DNA of 64,000 nucleotides from an uncultured Chloroflexia bacterium (GCA_963712735.1 CAVQIZ010000003.1:428855-492854); one strand, 5' to 3'; counted from the first letter of the stretch, positions 1 to 10,230 are shown. The notes: generated by a model not told the origin, from the sequence alone. Numbers and translations are program-made.

Positions 1-108
1 GCGGCCGAAGACCGGATCCCCGGCGGCGCCGCTCAGCGCCTGTCCGGTCAGCTGACCGCTCCACAGCATGTCTATGGACCGGATCCGGCACCAGGATCAC
101 CTGGCATC

Positions 109-465
109 ATGACCAGCAAGTGGCAGTACGACGTCGCCTGGAACGGCGAGGTCCAGCTGCCGGACCGCGTCACTCTCGTCATGCATGAAGACCTGCACTT
201 CATGGCCGGCGACGAACGGCACGCCGTGGTGTGCTGGGGCCATGTCACCTTCGAGGATGCCGAGGGATACCTGGTGGGTCCCGTGCACGGCTTCGCTATC
301 GACGGGGACGCTCGACTCCAGGCCATGCTGACGGGTGGCGGGGCGTATGAGGGCATCAATGCCATCGTCACGGGCCCGATCGGCGGAGCAGGTGGCGGCA
401 CCATCGAAGGCCTCGTGTTCGAGGGCTACATGCCACAGGAGCGATTCCTTCCCAGCACCGGCTGA
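109..465 (+). CDS. Fam-2-like hypothetical protein; reading frame stays open to nt 1, so it may be 5'-partial
   Basis: 118-aa ORF. Its tail TGGGAYEGINAIV...IEGLVFEGYMPQE matches the GxGxYEGL...GxIFxGExP tail of six other ORFs in the window. No in-frame stop between nt 1 and 109. Confidence 0.5.
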   Translation: MTSKWQYDVAWNGEVQLPDRVTLVMHEDLHFMAGDERHAVVCWGHVTFEDAEGYLVGPVHGFAIDGDARLQAMLTGGGAYEGINAIVTGPIGGAGGGTIEGLVFEGYMPQERFLPSTG

Positions 466-491
466 CGGCGACCGCAACGTCGCCGCTTCTT
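466..491 (+). terminator. Hairpin terminator candidate between convergent genes
   Basis: CGGCGAC-cgcaac-GTCGCCG stem-loop followed by CTTCTT, starting 1 nt after the TGA at 463-465. Confidence 0.4.
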
Positions 492-518
492 GCGTAGCTG
501 ACGGAACCTGCGCAGCCC

Positions 519-2198
519 CTACGACCTTGAGAGCTTCTTGTACCGGATCCGGTGCGGCTGATCGGCCGCCGTCCCCAGTTCCTTGTGCCGGAACGCCTCG
601 TAGTGGCTCACGTTCCCCTCGAAGAAGCGCACCTGGGAATCGCCCTCGAAGGCAAGGATGTGGGTCGCGATCCGGTCGAGGAACCAGCGATCGTGCGAGA
701 TGACCACGACACAGCCCGGGAACGACTCCAGGCCCGCCTCGAGCGCTCGCAGCGTATCCACGTCGAGGTCGTTGGTCGGCTCGTCGAGCAGCAGCACGTT
801 GCCACCCGTCTGCAGCAGCTTGGCGAGGTGTACCCGGTTCCGCTCGCCGCCCGACAGCTGGCCGACGAGCTTCTGCTGGTCGGTGCCGCGGAAGTTGAAC
901 GATGAGACGTAGGCCCGGGCCGGGACCTCGCGTGCCCCGGTCTTGATGAACTCGGCACCCTGGGTGATCTCCTGGAACACCGTCTTCTCGGCGGCCAGGT
1001 CGTCACGCCCCTGGTCGACGTACGCCAGCGCGACGGTGTCACCGATGGCGATGGTCCCGGCATCGGGTGCCTCCTGCCCGACGAGCATCCGAAAGAGCGT
1101 CGTCTTGCCGGCGCCGTTGGGCCCGATGATGCCGACGATGCCGGCCCGCGGCAGCGAGAACGTCAGGTCCTCGATGAGCAGCTTCTCGCCGTAGCCCTTG
1201 CGCAGGCCGGCGACATCGATGACCTGGTCACCGAGCCGCGGTCCCGGTGGGATGGCGATCTCGAGCTCGCGGGAGCTGCCCTTGTCGTCGTTCGCCTCGG
1301 CCAGGAGTCGCTCGTAGGCTGACAGTCGGGCCTTGCCCTTGGCCTGGCGCGCCTTCGCGCCCATACGCACCCACTCGAGCTCGCGCGCAAGCGTCCGCTG
1401 GCGGGCATCGACCTGCTTCTGCTCGCTCGCCAGCCGCGCGAGCTTCTGCTCGAGCCAGCTCGAGTAGTTGCCGCTGAACGGGATCCCGCGGCCACGGTCG
1501 AGCTCAAGGATCCACTTGGCGACGTTGTCGAGGAAGTAGCGGTCGTGGGTGATGGCGACGACGGTACCGGCGTACTCGGACAGGAAGCGCTCCAGCCATT
1601 CGACCGACTCGGCATCAAGGTGGTTCGTCGGCTCGTCGAGCAGCAGCAGGTCCGGGTGGCGCAAGAGCAGTCGTGCCAGCGCCACGCGGCGCTTCTCGCC
1701 GCCCGATAGCGTCCTGACGTCGGCGTCGTCGGGCGGGCAACGCAGCGCGTCCATGGCGATATCGACGTTGCGCTCGAGGTTCCACGCGTCGGCGGCCTCG
1801 ATGCGGGCCTCCAGGATCGCCTGCTCGGCACCGATCGCGTCGTAGTCGGCATCGGGATCCGACCAGCGGGCCATGACGGCGTTGTACTGGTCGATGAGCG
1901 ACTGGACCTCGTGGACGCCGTCGAGCACGTTGCCCTTGACGTCCTTCGCTGGGTCGAGCTGGGGCTCCTGGTCGAGGTATCCGACGGTGAAGCCCGGGGT
2001 CAGCCGAGCCTCGCCGTTGTAGCCGTCGTCGAGCCCGGCCATGATCTTGAGCAGGCTCGACTTGCCGGCGCCGTTGGGGCCGATGACCCCGATCTTGGCG
2101 CCGGGATAGAAGGACAGCGAGATGTCCTCCAGCACGGTCCGGTCGGGCGGGTAGTGCCGGGCGAGCCGGTAGGCGGTGTAGATGAATTCGGCTGGCAT
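519..2198 (-). CDS. ettA: ABC-F ATPase, energy-dependent translational throttle EttA
   Basis: MPAEFIYTAYRLARHYPPDR... with two Walker A sites (GPNGAGKSS, GPNGAGKTT) and two LSGGE signatures. About 559 aa from the internal ATG at 2198. The upstream part of the 610-aa ORF is Arg/Pro-rich and looks non-coding. Confidence 0.93.
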   Translation of the reverse strand: MPAEFIYTAYRLARHYPPDRTVLEDISLSFYPGAKIGVIGPNGAGKSSLLKIMAGLDDGYNGEARLTPGFTVGYLDQEPQLDPAKDVKGNVLDGVHEVQSLIDQYNAVMARWSDPDADYDAIGAEQAILEARIEAADAWNLERNVDIAMDALRCPPDDADVRTLSGGEKRRVALARLLLRHPDLLLLDEPTNHLDAESVEWLERFLSEYAGTVVAITHDRYFLDNVAKWILELDRGRGIPFSGNYSSWLEQKLARLASEQKQVDARQRTLARELEWVRMGAKARQAKGKARLSAYERLLAEANDDKGSSRELEIAIPPGPRLGDQVIDVAGLRKGYGEKLLIEDLTFSLPRAGIVGIIGPNGAGKTTLFRMLVGQEAPDAGTIAIGDTVALAYVDQGRDDLAAEKTVFQEITQGAEFIKTGAREVPARAYVSSFNFRGTDQQKLVGQLSGGERNRVHLAKLLQTGGNVLLLDEPTNDLDVDTLRALEAGLESFPGCVVVISHDRWFLDRIATHILAFEGDSQVRFFEGNVSHYEAFRHKELGTAADQPHRIRYKKLSRS

Positions 2199-2360
2199 GA
2201 GGCTAGGGTAGCGACCCACCGTGGGTGCTGACTCGGGCTCGGGCACGCGGACACGCACGTCCCAGCCTGGCTGCCGTGGCGGTGATGAACAGACTCGGAC
2301 CTCGATCCGAGGCAGTCGCCTGCGCCACCGCGGCCTCGGGTGGACGTCCACGAGACAATC

Positions 2361-2444
2361 GTAGGCAGCGGGAGGCGATGAAGCGCGGCCCTTCGATCAT
2401 GGCCGCCTTGGACCGTGCCGAGCCACTGGCGAACCCGGCCCGCT
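2361..2444 (+). repeat. R-element, inverted (B-type) variant, ~20 nt upstream of the 2464 start codon
   Basis: GTAGGCAGCGGGAGGCGATG..GCGGCC..CATGGCCGCC..CCGAGCCACTGGCGAACCCGGCCCGCT. The same block recurs at 12707, 29706 and (3' half) 14150. 5' AGCGGG can pair with 3' CCCGCT, and GCGGCC with GGCCGC. Confidence 0.6.
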
Positions 2445-2463
2445 CACGCGATCGGGGGTGATC

Positions 2464-3018
2464 ATGCGGATGTTACGGCTGCGTCTATCGGTACTTGGGC
2501 TGAGCGTGATGCTCGCCCTCACCGCAATGGCATTCACGGCGCCTGCTGCGAGCGCTCACAGCGGCCACCCACACATCATCGTCCAGGTGGACAAGTGGAT
2601 CCACAAGGCCGAGAGCTGGGGCAACTACATGGGTGCTCGCTACATGATGAAGATCCGCAACGGCGGACTTCACTGGCGCAACCAGCACGGCTTCGGCGAT
2701 CTCGATGACGTGAAAGCGGGTGACAGTGGCACCGGCATCTACCCGCGATTCGTCCTCAGGATGGGGTGCGCCACTCCCGAGTTCGACGATTGGTGGGTGG
2801 CCGCCCGCAAGGTCTCCAAGACCGGCTTTCGCTACTACCGCGGCCAGGCCACGAACTACCGCTGGCTCGATCCGGTCGACCGCGAGAACCGGGCGTTCTT
2901 CAACGCGATGCTCTTCGATCGGTCGACAAAGCTGTACGACGATGCGCTGGACGACCTCTTCGACTGCATCCTCGACGAGAGCCGGGGGCCGCGCTGGCTG
3001 AAGAGACTGCTGTTCTAG
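2464..3018 (+). CDS. Secreted hypothetical protein
   Basis: MRMLRLRLSVLGLSVMLALTAMAFTAPAASA signal-peptide-like N-terminus. GGGGGTG RBS before the ATG at 2464. No family recognised. Confidence 0.6.
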   Translation: MRMLRLRLSVLGLSVMLALTAMAFTAPAASAHSGHPHIIVQVDKWIHKAESWGNYMGARYMMKIRNGGLHWRNQHGFGDLDDVKAGDSGTGIYPRFVLRMGCATPEFDDWWVAARKVSKTGFRYYRGQATNYRWLDPVDRENRAFFNAMLFDRSTKLYDDALDDLFDCILDESRGPRWLKRLLF

Positions 3019-3187
3019 GCCCCGTCGCGGTGGCCACTCCGCCGCTGGCGCATCGAGACCGGAAGGTGCAGTCTGCTCGTCGGGCCTGGTCCGGCACACT
3101 CGGGATCGGCTCGGCACGCGGTGAATGCCGAGCGGGGCCCGCACTGGCGACCACGGCAGTCGCAAGCGAACAAAGACGGGAGAACGG

Positions 3188-4072
3188 ATGATGAGACTGG
3201 GCATCAGCCTGCCACAGGGGTGCGACCGAGAGTACCTCGGTCTGTCGCCCACCCAGGCGTGGCGACGAACCATCGAGATCGCGCAGCTCTGCGAGGAGGC
3301 CGGCTTCGAGTCGCTCTGGATCAACGACCACTTCCAGGTCGACCCGCCGGTGGTCGAAGCGCCCATCTTCGAGCCCTTCGTCGAGCTCGCCGGCCTGGCC
3401 ATGGTCACGCATCGCGCCCGACTCGGCCACCTGGTGCTGGCGGCCGCCTACCGCAACCCGGCTCTCACCGCCAAGGCCATCTCGAGCCTGGACGTCATCA
3501 GCGGCGGTCGCGCCGTGCTGGGCATCGGCGCTGGCTGGAAGGAGGACGAGTGGATCGCCTACGGCTACGGCTTCCCAGACGCGAGGACGCGCCTGGCCAT
3601 CTTGCGTGACCATCTCGAGGTCATCAGCCGGATGCTGGCGCCCGGAAGAGCCACGTACCGCGGGCAGCATGCCCACGTCATCGATGCCGTACATGAGCCC
3701 AAGGGCGCGCACGGGCCGGTGCCCATACTCATCGGTGGCAACGGACCCAACGTGACCTGGCGGCTGGCCGCCCGTTTCGCCGACGAGCTCAATCTCGATG
3801 CACTCATGCCGGCCCAGGTCGCCGACGCGCTGCCCGTCGTCCGGGAACGCTGCGAGGAGATCGACCGCGACCCCACCACGCTGAAGGTATCGGTCTACCT
3901 CTGGGGCCCGCCCGCTGATGTGAGGCCCGGCCGGGAGCGCGTCGAGCGCTTGCTCGAATACGCCGAGCTGGGATTGGACGCGGCCATCGTGCAGGGCTAC
4001 ATGGGCACCACCGACCCCGCTGCGCTCGATTCCCTCATCGCGGACTGCCAGGCGACCGGCCTGTTGTCCTGA
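3188..4072 (+). CDS. LLM-class (luciferase-like) F420/flavin-dependent oxidoreductase
   Basis: MMRLGISLPQG...AEEAGFESLWINDHF...GGRAVLGIGAGW...GPVPILIGGNGP pattern typical of luciferase-like monooxygenase family proteins. Start taken at the internal ATG. Confidence 0.8.
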   Translation: MMRLGISLPQGCDREYLGLSPTQAWRRTIEIAQLCEEAGFESLWINDHFQVDPPVVEAPIFEPFVELAGLAMVTHRARLGHLVLAAAYRNPALTAKAISSLDVISGGRAVLGIGAGWKEDEWIAYGYGFPDARTRLAILRDHLEVISRMLAPGRATYRGQHAHVIDAVHEPKGAHGPVPILIGGNGPNVTWRLAARFADELNLDALMPAQVADALPVVRERCEEIDRDPTTLKVSVYLWGPPADVRPGRERVERLLEYAELGLDAAIVQGYMGTTDPAALDSLIADCQATGLLS

Positions 4073-4074
4073 GC

Positions 4075-4494
4075 CTACGCGGGCGGCCCGCCGATCCCGA
4101 GCTGCGCCATCATCCCGGCCATGTCCATCACGCCCCAGTGGGCGCTCGCCTTGCCATCGCGGAATTCGATGATGTCGATGGCGGCGATATCGAACGTCTT
4201 GCCGGTCGCGGGGATGCCCATGAACTCGCCCTGGTGGGTGCCGGAGAAGCGTACGCGGGCGATCACCTTGTCCCCATCCTCGAGCAGCTCCTCGACCGTC
4301 GCGTGGAAGTCGGGGAAGGCAGAACGCATCATGGTCATCAGCGCCCGCGGTGCCGCCTTGCCCGGCGGGATCCCGGGCGGAAGCTCCTCGTGCTCGACGA
4401 AGTCGTCGGCCAGGATCTCGTCGCCGAGGTCGAAATCGCCCTGGCTGAAGACCTCGTCGTAGAGGCGCAGCATCGTGGCCCTGTTGTCAGACAT
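4075..4494 (-). CDS. SnoaL-like ester cyclase family protein
   Basis: 139 aa. LYDEVFSQGDFDLGDEILADDFVEHE...FPDFHATVEELLEDGDKVIARVRFSGTHQGEFMGIPATGK is the typical ester cyclase / SnoaL fold signature. Confidence 0.75.
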   Translation of the reverse strand: MSDNRATMLRLYDEVFSQGDFDLGDEILADDFVEHEELPPGIPPGKAAPRALMTMMRSAFPDFHATVEELLEDGDKVIARVRFSGTHQGEFMGIPATGKTFDIAAIDIIEFRDGKASAHWGVMDMAGMMAQLGIGGPPA

Positions 4495-4665
4495 GGAGAA
4501 CCTCCCTGATCGTGGCCGGACCGCTGGGTCCGACGGTGGCTCGCGGCTGGATGCCGGCGAGCTGGCCCTTCTCGTGCTACGGGTCCCCCAAGGCGCGGCA
4601 GTCTACACCCTGGCTCGATCGCTGGATAGCTGGCGCTCCGTCTCGACCCAGCGGTCATGTGGCGC

Positions 4666-5958
4666 TCAGTCCGCGGCCGGTGGCCCGAACATGGCATAGC
4701 CGACGGGTCCCTGTCCGGTCAGCTCGGAGGGCTCGCTGCCGTCGGCTTGCATGAGCCAGAGCGTGAGTCCGCCGTAGCGGTCGGAGTGGAAGGCGATGAC
4801 CGAGCCATCGCTCGACCAGGTGGGGAACTCGTCGTTCGCCGGGTGGGTCGTGAGCAGCGTCTGGCCGCTGCCGTCGGCGTTCATGAGACCGATGTCGTAG
4901 TTGGAGCCCAGGTTGACGGTGAATGCGATGCGGCCGCCGTCGGGCGACCAGCGCGGGTCGTAGTTGTCGCCGCCGTTGTCGGTCAGGCGCTGCTGGTCGG
5001 ACCCGTCGGCGTTCATGATCCAGATGTCGCTGACGCCGTCGGTGCGGCGGCGGAACACGATCCTGGAGCCGTCGGGTGAGAACTGGGGTGACGAATCCCG
5101 GTCGGCATGGTCGGTCAGGCGCGTAGGCTCGCCGCCGACAAGATCCTGGATGTAGATGTCGTAGTCAGTGCCGGCCACATCGTCGATGTAGGCCACGGTC
5201 GAGCCGTCGGGGGAGAAGACGAGCGCGTCCTCGGCGGAGGGACCGACGAGGGCGGGGACAGGCGATCCATCCGCGACCGAGGCCAGGTAGACGTCCGACT
5301 GCTCGTCGTTCGCACCCGCCTGCACCGAGAAGGCGATGAACGCGCCATCGGGCGTCCATGACGGGGATGTCAGCAGCTCCACGAGGTCGTTGTCGGTGAT
5401 GTTCTTCACCAGCTCGCCGGTGCCGGCGTCGACGAGCCAGAAGTCGGGCACCCCATCCACCTCGCGGTAGGCTGCGAGTCGCTCGCCCGGGGCCCGCAGC
5501 GAGCCGCTGGCGGCCGTGCCCACCATCGGCAGATCCGAGTAGACCATGCACAGGGCATCACGCACGCCAGCTTCCCAGTCCTCGGGCGTCGGCGCGACGT
5601 TGAAGGGCGAGAGCAGCGAGGTGCCGATGGGCTTGCCTGCGAAGCGATCGTGCTCGATGAGGCACTCGCTGTCGACACGTTCGATGAGGCCCTCAGCGGG
5701 ATAGTCGCCGTCGCCGAGCGGGATGCGAGCCACGACCTCGTTGGCGTGCGGACCCTCGCAGGGCACGACTGCCGCGGGCTGGCTGTAGTCGAAGTCGCCC
5801 TCAGCGGTCCAGGCGTCGTCGAAGCAGACACCAGGCTCCATGCCGTCGAACCACGTCCCCGTGGCCGAACCGTCCGCGGCGGCTGCGACCACATGGGGCA
5901 CGCCTGCCACCAGCCACGCTAGCGATGCCGCCACGATCGCGATGCTCCTTTGTCCCAT
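4666..5958 (-). CDS. Secreted PD40 (TolB-type) beta-propeller repeat protein
   Basis: Repeats FSPDGSTVAY, SPQFSPDGSRIVF, DPRWSPDGGRIAF, FPTWSSDGSVIAF. Signal peptide MGQRSIAIVAASLAWLVAGV. AGGAGG RBS before the ATG at 5958. Confidence 0.8.
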   Translation of the reverse strand: MGQRSIAIVAASLAWLVAGVPHVVAAAADGSATGTWFDGMEPGVCFDDAWTAEGDFDYSQPAAVVPCEGPHANEVVARIPLGDGDYPAEGLIERVDSECLIEHDRFAGKPIGTSLLSPFNVAPTPEDWEAGVRDALCMVYSDLPMVGTAASGSLRAPGERLAAYREVDGVPDFWLVDAGTGELVKNITDNDLVELLTSPSWTPDGAFIAFSVQAGANDEQSDVYLASVADGSPVPALVGPSAEDALVFSPDGSTVAYIDDVAGTDYDIYIQDLVGGEPTRLTDHADRDSSPQFSPDGSRIVFRRRTDGVSDIWIMNADGSDQQRLTDNGGDNYDPRWSPDGGRIAFTVNLGSNYDIGLMNADGSGQTLLTTHPANDEFPTWSSDGSVIAFHSDRYGGLTLWLMQADGSEPSELTGQGPVGYAMFGPPAAD

Positions 5959-5986
5959 CCCTTTCCTCCTGCCGAGCTTGTCCCGG

Positions 5987-6475
5987 CTACTCGAGGCCGC
6001 CGGCGGGGCGGACGTTGACCAGGGCGGTGCCCATGCCGGCGATATCGCAGACCGCCGTCCTTGGAGGCCCATCCGTGGCTGCCATGCGCACGATGACGCG
6101 CTCCTCGTCCAACAGCGAGTCGATGCGCGAGGCCGTGTTGCGCCTGGGGTAGTAGGTGGTCCGTCGGTCGACGGCGATGCTCCAGGGCTCTTCGCTACGC
6201 GCGCCGGGGCCGGTCACCGTCTCGGTCAGCGGCTGGTCGGCTTCGGTGCCCTCGAACCAGGTGACGAAGGGATCGACGACCGAGTCACGGCAGTGGACCC
6301 CCGGCAGGGAGGGCTGGCCGACGGCGGCTGCCCCCATTCGTGCATAGGTCCCGACGACGGCGGCGATCCCGGTCCCCCCGGCGTCGGGCTGGATCTCGCT
6401 GACCCACCACGAGCCGTACCTGTTGGCCGCGACGCTCGGCTCCGTCGCCGGCAGGACATGGACCGTCGACCGCAT
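5987..6475 (-). CDS. Hypothetical protein, probably co-transcribed with the PD40 gene
   Basis: ORF frame with protein-like composition. AGGAGG RBS 5 nt before the ATG at 6475. No recognisable domain. Confidence 0.5.
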   Translation of the reverse strand: MRSTVHVLPATEPSVAANRYGSWWVSEIQPDAGGTGIAAVVGTYARMGAAAVGQPSLPGVHCRDSVVDPFVTWFEGTEADQPLTETVTGPGARSEEPWSIAVDRRTTYYPRRNTASRIDSLLDEERVIVRMAATDGPPRTAVCDIAGMGTALVNVRPAGGLE

Positions 6476-6775
6476 CGATGCCTCCTGGGGGATCGGGGGC
6501 GAGGGGGGCGTGGCCGTCACCATAGCGCAGGCGTGCGTGGCCCGGCCGGACGAGCGCGAAGGCGCTGAGTCCCAAGGATGCTGGGGGCCGGCGGACGGCA
6601 CGACAGGGAGAGGCCGCCTGGCTATACGGAGTGGCGCAGCACCGGGCCTACCAGGAACAACACGACGAGGAAGCCCAGCAACCCATACCCGAGGGCGAAG
6701 ACCAGGGTCAACGCCCAGATGTCCTGCTCACGGTTCCGGTGGGAGCGGACGATTTGCGGAACGGGTTCGTGCAGC

Positions 6776-8745
6776 CTACTCCACGTCGGGCGTGAATTCG
6801 AACGACGACATGAGCCGCTGGAACGTCCGGTCGGGGTTCTTGAAACGGTCGTCGTCGGCCACGCACTGGAGCACATAGAGGACGTCGTGCCTCAGGGCGA
6901 GATCCGAGGACGCTCGGCGCCCCCATTCGGTCGAGTGAACGGACTTCGTTCCTTGGAGCGCTGGTGTCGGGACCCACAGGAGCGTGGGGTCCTCCGGATC
7001 CCAGTACGGCGTCGACACGCCGTCGATGCCCGTGGCGAACCACTGGTTCGGTGCGAGGTCGGTGACGCCGACCGCGACCTTGCAGGCCATGCTCTCGTCG
7101 GTCGTTGACGCGTGAAGCGCCTCCCAGGCCGTCCCCGGTTCGGCGCTATAGACGTCCAGCTCCTTGTCGGCGAGCTCGACTCGCCAGCCTGCCGGGAACC
7201 GCATCGCGAAGCCGGACGCGACGGTCTCGACTCCCCACCGGTCGGTCGGTTCACGGGCCGCCGATGCGGACGGTTCACGGGTCGCCGCAGCCTGGGAAGG
7301 CTCCAGCAAGGCGGCCGGTCCGTGTGGCCAGCCACAGCGCTCCCGCAGGACGAGCTCGGCGACCCCGACGTCGGCTACGCGCGCGAACCTCACCAGGTCC
7401 AGGAGTTGATCACACGTCACGCAGCGGGACAGGTAGACCCGATCCTTCTCTGCATCGCCGGTGGTGGATGACTCCAGGAACGGCTCCTGCAGCACCTCGC
7501 ACCGGAGGCCCGCGGCTGGCCCGCCGGTCTGAGCGGGCAGTCCCGGCAGGATCGCCTCGACGATCGGGCGGTCGGCCTGCAATACCCAGAGCGTGTCTCC
7601 GGTGGGATAGAAGGTGATCGGGTACACGCCCGGCATGGCTGCGTCCTTGACGCGCACGAGCGAGCGATCCTGCACGCGCTCCCAGCTGGCAGTCGGACGC
7701 TCGATCTGCGATGCCATCGCCCCGACGGCCGGGTCGAGCAGGTCGAACATCTCGGCACCAGGATCCGCAAGGCGGCAACGGAAGCGTAGTTGCCCGGGGT
7801 GCGCTCCACCAGGGCCGTGCCGATGGTGATGTCGTCGAGTCGCACTTCAGCCGCATCGGCCAGCGCCTCCAGCCCCCGGATGGCATTCGCATCGGAGTGC
7901 ATCACCGGGTCGAGACGAGCGATCCACTCCCCGCCGGTCCACGTCGCCACCTCGCCGGTCACGCCGTCGAGTGAGCGCAGGACCGTGCCCAGAGGAGCTC
8001 CGGCTGGCGCCGGTGACGGGACGGGCGTGGGCTGGCTGATGGTCGCGGTCGGTGCGGACGGGCCGGACGGCGCAAGGACGTGCAGTGCCCCGTCCTGCCG
8101 TGCCCATACGGTCCCATCAGGACCAAAGCCGATGACTGCGATGTAGGCGGGGCCGGCGATGTAGTCGCGGGTGTCGGTGCCATCGAACGCGGTCAGGACC
8201 GTGCCGGCCAGCCACACGGTGCCGTCGGGTGCGACATCGACCGAGAAGTAGCAGGGGCCGGTCTCGCAGTCGGTGCTGTAGGAGTAGCCCCCCGAGGCAT
8301 CAGCAACGCGCCCCGGTTGGTTGAAGCCCTCCAGCCGGATGCGCCAGCCATCTTCATCCCATGTCCACAGGCGGTCCTCGTTCAGGAGCCACAGCGTGCC
8401 ATCGGGACCAAGCGCCTGGTCGCGGACGCCGAACGTCGGGCTGGGTCCCACGATGGGACAGGAGCCCAGCTCTCGGATGCCACGCAGCGGGTCCAGGAAC
8501 CAGAGACGTCCGTCGCTGGAGACCTCAGCGCCGTCGAAGAAGGGTTGGCGCGGATACGCCTTGCCACAATCCCACGGGGGCTCGTCCACCCGCCAGAGCG
8601 ACGGTGCCACCAGCTCGAAGTCGACGGTGTCGAAGGGATACGGAGGCGGCGCAGGCGTTGCCTCGGATGACTGGGAGAACGCAGGGGTCGCGGCACCGCA
8701 AGCCAGCGCACCCGCCAGCAGCACCGCCATGGTCGGCTGTCGCAT
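6776..8745 (-). CDS. Secreted propeller (DG-x-LW repeats) + linker module + Fam-1 C-terminal module; frame-disrupted near nt ~7755 as assembled
   Basis: ORF 7417..8745 ends ...ALRILVP and continues in another frame in ORF 6776..7750 as MFDLLDPAVGAM... This is colinear with ALRVEGAQAERFADPAISLL of the 10231..12405 protein. The C-terminus ...FQRLMSSFEFTPDVE is Fam-1-like. Signal peptide MRQPTMAVLLAGALACG. Confidence 0.7.
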
Positions 8746-8771
8746 CTGTTCCTCCAGGCTTCGACACGCCC

Positions 8772-8813
8772 ACGCTTCGCCCCCCTGGCCACGACGTCAA
8801 GGGCCGAATGGCC
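8772..8813 (-). promoter_or_regulatory. R-element promoter module only (palindrome + TTGACG-N17-AAGCGT) for the 8745 gene
   Basis: Minus sense: GGCCATTCGGCCC-TTGACG-17 nt-AAGCGT, then a ~25-nt leader with GGAGGA before the ATG at 8745. Confidence 0.5.
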
Positions 8814-8831
8814 ACCAGGGATCGTTGCCCG

Positions 8832-9467
8832 TCAGCGGGTGTGCTGCGAGGGCAGGATCTCGAAGGTCTCGGCGATGGAGAGCCAGTGGTCCGCGGGTCG
8901 CACGGGGCCGGAGCACGTCAGCCGGTACTGGGTGATCCCGTCGGTCATGACGTACTCGGACGTCTCGACATGTTCGGACGGCGCGCTCACCGTGTCCTCG
9001 CTGATGTCGATGCGGGCAGCCGCTCCTGCCGGAAGCGTCAGGTATGTCACCGTCGCCTCAGGTCTGGTGAGATCACCCTCGGCGATCGGCTCAGGCAGGT
9101 CTGCGGCGACGAGGACGTCGAGAGTCAGGCCGTCCGATGGAGTGCTCCTGACGAAGCAGTTGCCACGGCCCGTGTCCATGCCGAGGAGGGTGACGTCGTC
9201 GGGGCGCATCTCCGTGGCCAAGACCACCATCCTCATCGCGAGGTCCTGATCCTTGACCTCAGCTTCGATGAAGGCCGCGAGTGTCCCGGCATCGTCGGTC
9301 GCGGGTCGCAGATAGGCCCAGCCGTCGGGGAGTGTCAGCGCATAGCCCGCCCCCGATACCTCGACCCGCCCACCGAGCCCGAATGGCGCTGGCGACTGTG
9401 CCAGCACGGCGGAGGCGGTGGCGCCGAGCAGGCACGTGACCACCAGCGTGATCATCGGTCGTCGCAT
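8832..9467 (-). CDS. Fam-1 secreted protein (single module)
   Basis: Signal peptide MRRPMITLVVTCLLGATASAVLA; GGRVEVSGAGYALTLPDGW; C-terminal ADHWLSIAETFEILPSQ. GGAGGA RBS before the ATG at 9467. Confidence 0.8.
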   Translation of the reverse strand: MRRPMITLVVTCLLGATASAVLAQSPAPFGLGGRVEVSGAGYALTLPDGWAYLRPATDDAGTLAAFIEAEVKDQDLAMRMVVLATEMRPDDVTLLGMDTGRGNCFVRSTPSDGLTLDVLVAADLPEPIAEGDLTRPEATVTYLTLPAGAAARIDISEDTVSAPSEHVETSEYVMTDGITQYRLTCSGPVRPADHWLSIAETFEILPSQHTR

Positions 9468-9495
9468 GGTCTCGTTCCTCCAAGCCGCTGTCTCG

Positions 9496-9537
9496 ATCGT
9501 CTGCACCTCGCTCCGCGCGTCAAGAGCCCTTCGGCCC
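9496..9537 (-). promoter_or_regulatory. R-element promoter module only (TTGACG-N16-GACGAT) for the 9467 gene
   Basis: Minus sense: GGGCCGAAGGGCTC-TTGACG-16 nt-GACGAT, then a ~28-nt leader with GGAGGA. Confidence 0.55.
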
Positions 9538-9551
9538 GCGGTGCGACTGCG

Positions 9552-10037
9552 CTAGCGCGAACCGATGCCGCTGCGCTGGGTCCGAGGCCATCGGGATCGG
9601 ACGCCGACGCCGATGAGCCACGCCACGGGAACGGCGATCAGCGAGATCATCACCCAGGTCCTGAAGCCGTCTCCCATGGATGGGTCAGCGAACCAGTACC
9701 GAGCGTCGAGCCCCAGCCAGAACGCGCCGATGAGCGCCGCAGCGAGGATGGCGCTCGCAACAAGCGCGGGCACGGGGCGCATGGATGCGCCGAGCACAAG
9801 CGCGAAACCGGCCGCCGACAGGAAGGGTGCGACGAAGAGCCATCCGCGGTAGTCATATCGGATACCGAGCAGATACGACACGATGCAGGCGACGCCGGCC
9901 AGCGCGAGCCCCACGACCAGCCCGGTGCCAGATCGGTCAGGCGGGGCAGCATGCTCAACCGCCTGCTTGGGTTCGCTCGTGGCGCCGATCTCCCGGGGCT
10001 CACGTTCCACCTTGCTCCTCCGATGCACCCATCTCAT
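9552..10037 (-). CDS. Integral membrane protein (about 4 TM); start uncertain (ATG 10037 or GTG 10028)
   Basis: Hydrophobic segments LVVGLALAGVACIVSYLLG, WLFVAPFLSAAGFALVLG, ALVASAILAAALIGAFWLG, WVMISLIAVPVAWLIGV. The predicted -10 overlaps the ATG at 10037, so a leaderless GTG at 10028 is possible. Confidence 0.6.
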   Translation of the reverse strand: MRWVHRRSKVEREPREIGATSEPKQAVEHAAPPDRSGTGLVVGLALAGVACIVSYLLGIRYDYRGWLFVAPFLSAAGFALVLGASMRPVPALVASAILAAALIGAFWLGLDARYWFADPSMGDGFRTWVMISLIAVPVAWLIGVGVRSRWPRTQRSGIGSR

Positions 10038-10137
10038 CCTTCGTGCCTCGGTCACGTGGTCAAGAGCCGGACGGCACGGCGTTGCTGCGCCGGCGACGGC
10101 CCACAGTCGGTCAGCCTTGTCGTCATGTACGCCATGC
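10036..10137 (-). repeat. R-element copy (degenerate body) with TTGACC-N16-AAGGAT
   Basis: GGTCAAGAGCCGGACGGCACGGC...CGGCGACGGCCCACAGTCGG...GTCATGTACGCCATG, aligned to the consensus on the plus strand. Confidence 0.5.
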
Positions 10138-10176
10138 GCGCGTCTCGGCTCGGCACGTCGACGGGACCTTCGACCC

Positions 10177-10204
10177 TTGACCCAGGACACCGAAGGCACA
10201 CGAT
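10177..10204 (+). promoter_or_regulatory. Promoter candidate TTGACC-N16-CACGAT for the Kelch gene at 10231
   Basis: TTGACC at 10177-10182 and CACGAT at 10199-10204. Same architecture as the R-element promoters but without the repeat body. Confidence 0.5.
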
Positions 10205-10230
10205 CCGGGTGGATGGAAGGGGGCTACCTG

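Noticed and set aside
2361-2444. Known riboswitch identity for the B-type element. GCCACTGGCGAA resembles the cobalamin GCCACTG core and the ZTP GACTGGCGAA segment.
   Set aside because: Only a short word matches. The B12 box and the ZTP pseudoknot partner (CCGCCTGGGC) are absent. The downstream genes are secreted proteins, not cobalamin or purine/folate genes.
6622-6775. Possible small TM peptide ...IWALTLVFALGYGLLGFLVVLFLVGPVLRHSV at the end of ORF 6622..6876.
   Set aside because: There is no in-frame ATG/GTG with an RBS in the non-overlapping part, and the upstream portion overlaps the 6776..8745 gene in another frame. The evidence is insufficient.
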